Origin: Nitrosotalea sp.
GTDB taxonomy: Archaea > Thermoproteota > Nitrososphaeria > Nitrososphaerales > Nitrosopumilaceae
NCBI GenBank assembly: GCA_050749285.1
Contig: JBOGQX010000062.1
Span: forward strand, 1-40,000
DNA length: 40,000 bases
Direction of reading: 5' to 3'
Shown here: positions 1 to 7,284 of the stretch, piece by piece
Layout: each line of letters begins with the position of its first letter
How positions within the stretch are numbered: position 1 is the stretch's first letter
Translations under genes and position numbers: made by a program
Notes under the pieces: generated by a model
What the model saw: the letters and a program-made list of their open reading frames with translations, nothing else
The model's database searches: none
What the model was told of the DNA's origin: nothing

Positions 1-647
1 ATCGCCGTTTTTATTCTTAATTCTTTTACTTTACCAATATCATGTAAAATGCAACCTGCAATTAGTAGATCCTTGTTAAGTTCTGGATGCATTTCTATGA
101 CTCGTTCCGCAATTTTTATCATGCTTAACACATGTTCTAAAAGACCGCCACCAAAGTTATGATGATTTGATGAGGCTGCAGCTGATTTAGAATACTCTTC
201 CATAAATTTTTCATCGAAGATATGAAGTAAAAGGCGCTTTATATCCGGATTTTCAACTTGTGAAATTATGTTTTTGAAATCTACTTTCATTTTTGTTATA
301 TCTTTTTTAGTCATAGGCATGAAATCTTCCATGCTAAATTCGTCTACTTTTTTAATTAGACCAGAATCCATATTGACTGAAATACTAATTGGACCTCTAA
401 AATCATCAGTTTTACCTTTAATGTGTACTACATCCTGAACATCAAATGAAGAATAAATTGCACAAGTTTCTGTTTTTTTATCTCCTCCAAAGAAGTTTAA
501 CATTACTTCGCCAGTCTTATCTGAAACGGTAAGAGTGAACATAGTGCCATTCTTGTAAGGCCGAGGCGATTCTTTGTTTTTCACTGCAAACAAATCGTCT
601 ACTGTTTCATCTCTTTTTTTTAAATCTGCTATAAACTGTTTTTTCAC
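1..647 (-). CDS. OB-fold + HD-domain phosphohydrolase (YhaM-like); N-terminal part only, because the gene runs off the window start
   Basis: Absent from the ORF track because it is truncated by the window edge. My reverse-strand translation starts at GTG 647, preceded by an in-frame TAA at 653-651. It reads VKKQFIADLKKRDETVDDLFAVKNKESPRPYKNGTMFTLTVSDKTGEVMLNFFGG...SSNHHNFGGGLLEHVLSMIKIAERV...AGCILHDIGKV. That is an OB-fold-like N-terminus followed by HD-domain H...HD motifs. Confidence 0.6.
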   Translation of the reverse strand, partial: MKKQFIADLKKRDETVDDLFAVKNKESPRPYKNGTMFTLTVSDKTGEVMLNFFGGDKKTETCAIYSSFDVQDVVHIKGKTDDFRGPISISVNMDSGLIKKVDEFSMEDFMPMTKKDITKMKVDFKNIISQVENPDIKRLLLHIFDEKFMEEYSKSAAASSNHHNFGGGLLEHVLSMIKIAERVIEMHPELNKDLLIAGCILHDIGKVKELRIKTA

Positions 648-817
648 GTGTTAGTTTCAATGAGATTACATATCTATCTACCGCTCAATTAGGCACAACA
701 TTTGATGAATACAAGATTTTCAAGAATTATTGAATTATTCTAATTTATTTTATATTCACTTTAGCATATTGTAGTATTCAATTGTCTCAAAGTATCACCA
801 GCTCATTTTTGTATGTC

Positions 818-1069
818 CTAATGTAACTGAGGTTGTTGTTTCTCAATCTTATGAGACATCTTGTATTCTATTTCATTAATCTTGTCTTCATATCTGACAA
901 ATACAGTATTTGGAGTATCACATTCTAGACCTAATCGGCCATCGTCATACCTAACCCAATACATATCACCGCTATAATCTTCAAGTATATCCAAAATCAC
1001 GCATACTGCTCTTTCTCCTTTATCGATATTGATTATTCTTATCTTATCTCCTACCAAAAATCTATCCAT
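818..1069 (-). CDS. Small hypothetical protein (83 aa)
   Basis: Intact ORF with an ATG start and protein-like composition (DKIRIINIDKGERAVCVILDILEDYSGDMYWVRYDDGRLGLE). I recognise no motif. Confidence 0.4.
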   Translation of the reverse strand: MDRFLVGDKIRIINIDKGERAVCVILDILEDYSGDMYWVRYDDGRLGLECDTPNTVFVRYEDKINEIEYKMSHKIEKQQPQLH

Positions 1070-1140
1070 GACTATCTCTTCTTACTTTGTGCTATAGAGA
1101 GTAGGTTATAATCAAATTACCTTTTGTTAACCTCATGCAA

Positions 1141-1607
1141 CAATATGCGCTGCGTAAATACGTGAAGATATACGCATAAATCCGCTGATGCAATGTGATT
1201 TATATCCTATGCGCGTGAGTAAAATCCAAAAATCGCGCGCATCGGTTCAAAAAACTAGCGCTTTTGAGCACGGTACACATCAAGCGCACATTTTGCACTA
1301 GCGCGATTCAAAACGCGCCGCTGGTATCGCACAAAATGCGCCAAAAATCATACACGCCCAATACGCTTTGATGCACGCGTCTATCATCTGCGCATATTCA
1401 AAAGCGCACACGCAATAGACTGGATCATTCATTGAATCAATGCATCAGGACACGGATTGAAATCAACACGCACGTGATTCCAGTATAATCCGATTTGAAA
1501 ATACAAAAGATACGCGCAAAGATCCACGTGCTTAAGATCTAAAATTCGAAAGATGCGCACGCAACCAAAGAATCTTGAATGATTCCACGTAGGATTTTTG
1601 AATGAAT
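1141..1607. repeat. Non-coding array of degenerate GCGC/CGCG-containing iterons, followed by two TGATTCCA...TTTGAA repeats
   Basis: I counted 13 GCGC tetramers between 1147 and 1558. Recurrent words include TTCAAAA-N0-6-GCGC (about 1246, 1306, 1396) and AAAAT(C)GCGC (about 1228, 1334). There is a direct repeat of TGATTCCA(N)GTA...GATTT(T)TGAA at 1475-1500 and 1580-1602. No ORF of 60 aa or more covers 1100-1428. Confidence 0.6.
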
Positions 1608-1685
1608 GTTTCCAAGAATGGTTCCGAAAGATACCATAGTGGATCCTAGTCTTATGAATCAACTTATGAAAATCCTGTTTGGATC

Positions 1686-2234
1686 TTACCGTATTACTGG
1701 CTGTCCTTTTTGTCCTATCTCTACTGCCATCATGTCTAGGAACTCTTCGGCAACTCTTTTGTGAGCAAGTGATGTAATTAGATCCTCTTTTCGCAAATAT
1801 TCAATCACAATTTTTACAATCTCATATGCTAGTGGTGCTTTCCATAGGTCAAACGCTCTATTCTCATTGATTTTTTTATAATTCGATATTGGAAAATTAC
1901 CAAAAAGAGCAGATAACACGTCAACCAGCGGTGAAGGTACAAAACATTTTCCAGAAACTAGACGGTGATCAAATATCTCTTTTACCTGTTCAGGATGCGC
2001 TACAAAACAGAATAGCTCCAAATCTTTGAGACCACTTCTAACAGTTGTTCTGACATCATACCAAAATTCAGCATTGTCCTCTTGATAGTTCTTTTTTGCT
2101 TGTGCTTTTACTCCTAACAGTTTTCGGCGTTTGTCTTCTGTAAATACTCCTCCATCGGCATCAAGATGATCCTTGAACTGATCATGAATATTCTTAAGGT
2201 CGTTTTCGACTATTTCTCGTCTATATTTGGCCAT
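1686..2234 (-). CDS. Hypothetical protein (182 aa), element-borne
   Basis: Intact ATG ORF with protein-like, predicted helical composition and no recognisable motif. It is divergent from the polymerase operon across a 56-bp spacer. Confidence 0.5.
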   Translation of the reverse strand: MAKYRREIVENDLKNIHDQFKDHLDADGGVFTEDKRRKLLGVKAQAKKNYQEDNAEFWYDVRTTVRSGLKDLELFCFVAHPEQVKEIFDHRLVSGKCFVPSPLVDVLSALFGNFPISNYKKINENRAFDLWKAPLAYEIVKIVIEYLRKEDLITSLAHKRVAEEFLDMMAVEIGQKGQPVIR

Positions 2235-2290
2235 TCTATATTATAGTATGGCCATTAATTACCTATTAAATATTCCGATCAATAGTAGGT

Positions 2291-2668
2291 GTGAAAAAAC
2301 TCCAGAAACTGCGAAACCAACTTGGTTCAGTTAAAAAGGAAATAGATTCACTAAAGACATTCAGACCGACAAAACAGACTGGACAATTACTCAGACATTT
2401 ATTTGCAGAAAATAGTCGCATTGTAAATGCAATAAAGAAATTACAATTATCCTCAGAATCAAGACAAAAAGAACGCCAACAAAGACGACAAAGAGCAAAC
2501 CTTAATCGCAGAACAAAAATGACGCGTGGTTGGAGATTTTTTAAAGCAATAAAGGAAAATTATCTTCCTGACAAATCTACAAAAGAAATCCGCTCACAAT
2601 TTTCCAAGTTTAAAAAAGGACTGGAGACAGACATCGCAGAAGTCATATGGAGGAACCCTAGTCCATGA
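2291..2668 (+). CDS. Highly basic 125-aa protein translationally coupled to pPolB (possible DNA-binding or terminal-protein candidate)
   Basis: GTG start. The stop overlaps the polymerase ATG by 4 nt (ATGA at 2665-2668). It has a Lys/Arg-rich core, SRQKERQQRRQRANLNRRTKMTRGWRF. Confidence 0.5.
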   Translation: MKKLQKLRNQLGSVKKEIDSLKTFRPTKQTGQLLRHLFAENSRIVNAIKKLQLSSESRQKERQQRRQRANLNRRTKMTRGWRFFKAIKENYLPDKSTKEIRSQFSKFKKGLETDIAEVIWRNPSP

Positions 2669-4542
2669 CTTTACAAATACACCTTCCAAGATCAAAAGCT
2701 AAAGACCTCACATACATCAAACAAGGAAGACCAAATAGAAATGTAAACCAGTCAGTGCGTAGAAAAGTAAAGGGAATTGATTCTGAAACATCTGATGGAG
2801 ACATTTTTCTAATTTGTGACTCTGATGGAAATTTCTTGGATTATCCAAACATTACATTTGATGGTATATCTGAATTTCTTTTCAAACATGAGGATTCTTG
2901 GTTATTTTGCTATAATCTACAATATGATGCTGAATGTATAATGAAATTACTGCCCTCTGAAGTATTTGATCCATATAGAAAGAAGAAACAATTACGTTTT
3001 GAATACAAAAACTATACAATTACATACATTCCAAAAAAGCAATTCAAAATACAAAAAGGAAATCATACAGTTTCGCTTTACGATATCGCACAATACTATG
3101 GCAATGTGCCGCTAGCCGATGCATATTCAGAGCACATCAAAAAACCCCTAGATCAAGACTATCTGAAAACCAAGAAAATACGAAAGAATTTCAGTCTCAG
3201 GCACTATTTTAGGCACAAAAAGCCTATTCGAAGATACTGTACTACAGATTGTATTCTAACAAAGGACTTGGCAGAGCACTGGCTAGACACATTTTTTGGA
3301 GCATATGGTTTCTATCCTGCAAACTGGGTTAGTTCTGGATATTTGGCAGAAAAAGTATTGATTCACAACGAGATACCCATTCCATTCTTTAATGATACCT
3401 TGTATGATATCCAGAAACTAGCATGGGAATCATTTTACGGTGGACGGTTTGAGCTCATACAGCGCGGGTTTATTGGCCAATGCTATCTGTATGATATCAA
3501 TTCAGCATATCCGTATGCTTTGACATTTCTTCCAGATATTACAGACGGAAAATGGATTGGAACAAGAAAAATAAATCCAGGATCTGCATTAGGATTTTTC
3601 CACATTCGTGCCCAAATAGATTATTCAGTAAAGATTGCGCCATTTCCATTTAGAACAAAAAATAATAGAATAATCTATCCAACAGGTGAGTTTGAAACTT
3701 TTGTTACACTCGAAGAATTAAAGGCAATAACAGGAGATCCAAAAATAAAATACAAGATAATTGATTCGTATCAGTTTATTCCAAATGTAAATTGTCAGTA
3801 TCCATGCAAAAAATTCATCATAGAGCAATATGATAAAAGAATGAAACTAAAAAAACAGGGCAACAAACAGGAAGTGGCAATCAAGATCATACTAAATTCC
3901 ATGTACGGTAAAACTGCCCAACGTGTGAATAACCAAATGGGAAATTTATTCAATCCCGTAATTGCATCATATATCACCGGATTTGCAAGGGCACAACTGT
4001 ACAAATTTGTGAAAGATCATCAGTTGGAAAAATACGTGGTCGCCTTTGCAACGGATTCCATTGCATGCAGGAAAAAGATTCCATGCATAGATAGTAAAAA
4101 ACTAGGTGAGATGAAACTAGACAAGGAGGGGCATGACGTGTATTTTCTCTCAAACGGTTTTTACCTGTTTAATGGAATGTGGAAAAATCGTGGAATTGGC
4201 TATGATACTGAGAAAAAGGCCGAAATCGAGCACTTGGATACCAAAATAGACAAGGATGGTAACTTGTACATTACAGTCAAAACCACGAAAACCACACACA
4301 TCAAAAGCGGAATCATATACAATAAACTCGATAAAATAGGCAAGATCGAGGAATATGAGAAGAAAATTGGCTTAAATTCTGACAGAAAGCGATACTGGCA
4401 CTCTGAATTAAAATCGTTAAAAGAAAAAACATTTTGTGATTCTTCGCCGATTCCAATTGATGTGGTTGACGATATTATTTCAAAGAAGGAGATTGAATGG
4501 ACTATGGATGATGACGGTTATGAACCTGAAAGCGAACTTTAA
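2665..4542 (+). CDS. Family B DNA polymerase, protein-primed type (pPolB)
   Basis: Exo I is GIDSETSDG (DxE), Exo II is YNLQYDAE and Exo III is YCTTD. Pol motif A is LYDINSAYPYAL, motif B is KIILNSMYGKTAQ and motif C is AFATDSI. At 625 aa it has the compact size typical of pPolBs. Confidence 0.9.
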   Translation: MTLQIHLPRSKAKDLTYIKQGRPNRNVNQSVRRKVKGIDSETSDGDIFLICDSDGNFLDYPNITFDGISEFLFKHEDSWLFCYNLQYDAECIMKLLPSEVFDPYRKKKQLRFEYKNYTITYIPKKQFKIQKGNHTVSLYDIAQYYGNVPLADAYSEHIKKPLDQDYLKTKKIRKNFSLRHYFRHKKPIRRYCTTDCILTKDLAEHWLDTFFGAYGFYPANWVSSGYLAEKVLIHNEIPIPFFNDTLYDIQKLAWESFYGGRFELIQRGFIGQCYLYDINSAYPYALTFLPDITDGKWIGTRKINPGSALGFFHIRAQIDYSVKIAPFPFRTKNNRIIYPTGEFETFVTLEELKAITGDPKIKYKIIDSYQFIPNVNCQYPCKKFIIEQYDKRMKLKKQGNKQEVAIKIILNSMYGKTAQRVNNQMGNLFNPVIASYITGFARAQLYKFVKDHQLEKYVVAFATDSIACRKKIPCIDSKKLGEMKLDKEGHDVYFLSNGFYLFNGMWKNRGIGYDTEKKAEIEHLDTKIDKDGNLYITVKTTKTTHIKSGIIYNKLDKIGKIEEYEKKIGLNSDRKRYWHSELKSLKEKTFCDSSPIPIDVVDDIISKKEIEWTMDDDGYEPESEL

Positions 4543-4639
4543 AGCGATGTTTAAACCTTGCAAAGCGTAATTTAAAGATGTCAAATTACCTAAAACCTAG
4601 CCTTAACTAGAAATCAACCTATCAAAACAGATTCAAAAT

Positions 4640-6055
4640 CTATCTTCGTTCTCTCCATTTTCGCTTTTTTGGTTTTAGTTCACGAGCCCTAGATTTGTCG
4701 GTAGCAAGGTATGGTTTTTGGGAATCACCAAACGCTATTTTCCCGACATATTCACATCCTAAAACACAATCTTTCAGTATTGGTATTATATCTCCAGGAT
4801 AGTAATTGTAAGGTTGTTGACCCAGATCACCCATTTTTCCCATATTTGTAACAAGTTCTACAAATTGAATGGCTTCAAGACCTGCTAATGCTACTACAAA
4901 TGGCATTATACTTTGTCGTGTTGGTCCACTTTCCGATTCAAGTTTTTCAATATATTTTGGATCATCAAATAGCCCATCCCTATCTCTTTGAACCTCACCA
5001 GCATCAAACGCCTTTAGACAACTCATGCATGCGCGTTCCGGACCAACTGTCTGGGCTCTGTACATACCATGAATTAGGGTTTCATTCAATACTTTGAAAG
5101 ATATTCCACCATCTACTACAGGTATTAAACATGAATATGCCAGATTATTTAGTACCTGTCTTGGCCAAGGCCTATCGACACAACTGAATATTACATCACA
5201 ATCTAATGCTTCTTTGTAGCCGTCAGGTTCTACTACGCTACTTTCAGATTTTGTACACAAAAATTTGTTTGCAGTTGCTGCTTTGGTGAGATTTTTCTGA
5301 ACTACATCAATTTTTTTCCGACCCACATCATCTTCTGAAAGACAATTCATTCTGTCAAGATTGTGGATCTTAACCTTATCGTAATCCATGATAAAAATTT
5401 CACCTACCCCAAGTCTGGCTAAGGTTTCACCAACCATTGAGCCAACACTGCCTACTCCAATTATTCCTACTTTCATCCGTGCAATGTCAGCTTGTTTTTC
5501 TTTGCCCCAAACTGTTAACGTTCTGATTTGTTTTTTACTTGTTCTGGGAGGGAATTTGATCTTTGGATTGAAGTGTATTGTTAAATTTTTGCCTACAATT
5601 CTAATAGCGGAACACCATTTTATCTTAAACGGGATAGGGTAGATTCTGCCACTCCATGTTCCGTTTCCTGCTAATGTCATCCCAACAAAAGGATAACCTG
5701 TGATTCCAAAAACCTCTCTTGAAAGGACATCTTGTTCATAATAAAGATCGGGTGACGATACATTTTGCCAGTTAACACCACCTGGATGAGTATGGATCAT
5801 TGCTAATCCACCCCCTTTCTCCCTTGCTAATTCCTTAACTCTGTCAACATATTCTGGAAGAGCTGATACTGTTCCATCACGAATTCTTTCCTTATCCTCT
5901 GGAAAGATTATGTCTCTGATGAGAACAGAATAACGTGATTTACCCTCCGCAGGATGCCAAATAGCAAAACAAATTTCCTCATCAGAAGTATCTTTCAATA
6001 GGAAATCGTTCAGTAACCTATTTGTTGATTCAGTCATTGCAATGTTGTATTCCAT
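4640..6055 (-). CDS. JAB/MPN (JAMM) metallopeptidase fused to a ThiF/MoeB/E1-like adenylating domain
   Basis: The N-terminus has E26/E27 (EEICFAIW) and H88-T-H90...S100-S-P-D103 (MIHTHPGGVNWQNVSSPD), which is a JAMM motif. The C-terminal part has the Rossmann motif G200-V-G-S-V-G205 followed by IFIMDYDKVKIHNLDRM and CVDRPWPRQVLNNLAYSCLIPVVDGG (ThiF/E1 signature). It also has Cys pairs CMSC and CVLGC, resembling a MoeB/ThiF-like Zn site. Confidence 0.85.
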   Translation of the reverse strand: MEYNIAMTESTNRLLNDFLLKDTSDEEICFAIWHPAEGKSRYSVLIRDIIFPEDKERIRDGTVSALPEYVDRVKELAREKGGGLAMIHTHPGGVNWQNVSSPDLYYEQDVLSREVFGITGYPFVGMTLAGNGTWSGRIYPIPFKIKWCSAIRIVGKNLTIHFNPKIKFPPRTSKKQIRTLTVWGKEKQADIARMKVGIIGVGSVGSMVGETLARLGVGEIFIMDYDKVKIHNLDRMNCLSEDDVGRKKIDVVQKNLTKAATANKFLCTKSESSVVEPDGYKEALDCDVIFSCVDRPWPRQVLNNLAYSCLIPVVDGGISFKVLNETLIHGMYRAQTVGPERACMSCLKAFDAGEVQRDRDGLFDDPKYIEKLESESGPTRQSIMPFVVALAGLEAIQFVELVTNMGKMGDLGQQPYNYYPGDIIPILKDCVLGCEYVGKIAFGDSQKPYLATDKSRARELKPKKRKWRERR

Positions 6056-6056
6056 T

Positions 6057-6428
6057 TCAATTAATCTCCAACCATCGGTTTACATGATCAATATAGTATT
6101 GTGAATTACGCCTGCCTGGATTCCAGTTATTGATCTGCCTACTCCAAAATCTCCAATCTCCACCTAGCGTACTTGGATTGTCAGATTTAGGAATGTTTTC
6201 AGTAAAACCATGATCTGATTTCACATGTATTCCATATGGTGCAGTAGTAGGATAATCCTGCGGTATAGGAAATCCTATATTCACGATTTTACCTTCGTAT
6301 TTTCCACTGGGTATAACATAACCAGTTATTTTGAAAATAATCTTCCCATCGGATGGAATTTTTTCATAGTTCAATAATTTACCTTTTAAGAAGTCTTCAA
6401 AATTCTGGACAGATGCATCGTCTGCCAT
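6057..6428 (-). CDS. E2/UBC-fold-like protein without any cysteine (UEV/RWD-like or non-canonical prokaryotic E2)
   Basis: It has an E2-like core, IGFPIPQDYPTTAPYGIHV (P-x-D-Y-P...P...H), and a C-terminal W-rich helix region, WRFWSRQINNW...YYIDHVNRWL. It lies 1 nt upstream of the JAB-E1 start and 8 nt downstream of the Ubl gene. The 123-aa sequence contains no Cys. Confidence 0.55.
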   Translation of the reverse strand: MADDASVQNFEDFLKGKLLNYEKIPSDGKIIFKITGYVIPSGKYEGKIVNIGFPIPQDYPTTAPYGIHVKSDHGFTENIPKSDNPSTLGGDWRFWSRQINNWNPGRRNSQYYIDHVNRWLEIN

Positions 6429-6436
6429 ATTCCATC

Positions 6437-6673
6437 TTATGCGGGGTTTATGGGTCCAGTGAATCTAGTAGTGAAATGATCTCCGTCCTTTACTTCAATT
6501 ATCTGATTAGGATCTGTGTATGTATGTTCTACTGGACCTCTCTCGCCCTTTCTTTTCTGTAACTCGTATTCTCCCGGCTTCCCACCTCCCAGTTCTATCA
6601 AAGTACCAACCTTCACATCGTCGGATTCAAGTTCAAATTTTTGACCGTTCACAAAAACAACTATTTTATGCAT
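6437..6673 (-). CDS. Small beta-grasp / ubiquitin-like protein (multiubiquitin-type single domain)
   Basis: The 78-aa sequence has the pattern KIVVFVNGQKFELESDDVKVGTLIELGG...YELQKR...IIEVKDGDHFTT. This is typical of prokaryotic Ubl domains found beside E1/E2/JAB genes. Its operon position lies between the unknown gene and the E2-like gene. Confidence 0.55.
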   Translation of the reverse strand: MHKIVVFVNGQKFELESDDVKVGTLIELGGGKPGEYELQKRKGERGPVEHTYTDPNQIIEVKDGDHFTTRFTGPINPA

Positions 6674-6690
6674 TCTTTCACCCCCATATC

Positions 6691-7284
6691 CTACCTAGCT
6701 TTTGACAAAAGCTTCAGTGCCAATTTACTTAACCAATAATGATGTGGCACATTTCTGAATCCCATCCAGTAATAATCATAACTTTCATCATACAAGTTTT
6801 TAGCACCAAGAGCAGCGACAACTTTACTATATTTATGAAGCTGTTGTTGAACGTCACCGCTTTCAAGAGTTTTTCTAATTAATCCTAAATTGTTAGTTGG
6901 TAGAGCCAAAGCATTAGCAACAACTGTCCTTGCAGTAGAACTCACTATCAAATATGCGTATAATCCTCGTCGTTCTCTTTGAAGTGCTGCATATATTTCA
7001 CGGTCAGTATCTAGCCTGCCGCCTCTTTCATATTTGAAATACACTTTCTGCTCTTTTTCTTTTTTATCTAACAGACGATATTTTTTATATGCAGGATAAA
7101 ATGCGTTATCGTTTGCACCGTTCTTGATAAATTCCCATTTGGTTTGTTGATGTGCTTCGTCTACTGCATCAAGTTTCTCACCTGCCAATAACACGTCAGC
7201 GGTTTGTGATAGAGTTCGCATTCTAGGAAAATCCTTCTTTAGTTCCTGCATCAATCTGGCTTTTGGTGAATTTATTACAGACAT
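6691..7284 (-). CDS. Unknown 197-aa protein, first gene of the Ubl operon (contains an RNxxxH motif)
   Basis: Intact ORF with a GAGGT Shine-Dalgarno-like sequence 8 nt upstream of the ATG. It lies 17 nt upstream of the Ubl gene. It is predicted helical. R177-N-V-P-H-H182 fits the HEPN-type Rx4H pattern, but this is motif-level evidence only. Confidence 0.55.
   Translation of the reverse strand: MSVINSPKARLMQELKKDFPRMRTLSQTADVLLAGEKLDAVDEAHQQTKWEFIKNGANDNAFYPAYKKYRLLDKKEKEQKVYFKYERGGRLDTDREIYAALQRERRGLYAYLIVSSTARTVVANALALPTNNLGLIRKTLESGDVQQQLHKYSKVVAALGAKNLYDESYDYYWMGFRNVPHHYWLSKLALKLLSKAR

Noticed and set aside
730-743. Near-direct repeat ttgaattattctaa (730-743) / ttgatctattctaa (11704-11717) as a casposon target-site duplication
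   Set aside because: The right copy begins only 8 nt from the start codon of the outermost HNH gene. That leaves no room for a promoter or a terminal inverted repeat. A 12/14 match is also unremarkable in AT-rich DNA.
1429-1662. 77-aa minus-strand ORF in the track
   Set aside because: It lies entirely in the iteron/repeat region. Its composition is odd (His/Trp/Cys/Phe-rich: IHYGIFRNHSWKHSFKNPTWNHSRFF). It has no start context or motif. It is most likely a chance ORF.
3795-4004. 69-aa minus-strand ORF inside the polymerase gene, with similar ORFs at 4888..5097 and 5388..5642 inside the JAB-E1 gene
   Set aside because: They are embedded antisense ORFs without motifs. The host genes carry complete catalytic motif sets across these regions.
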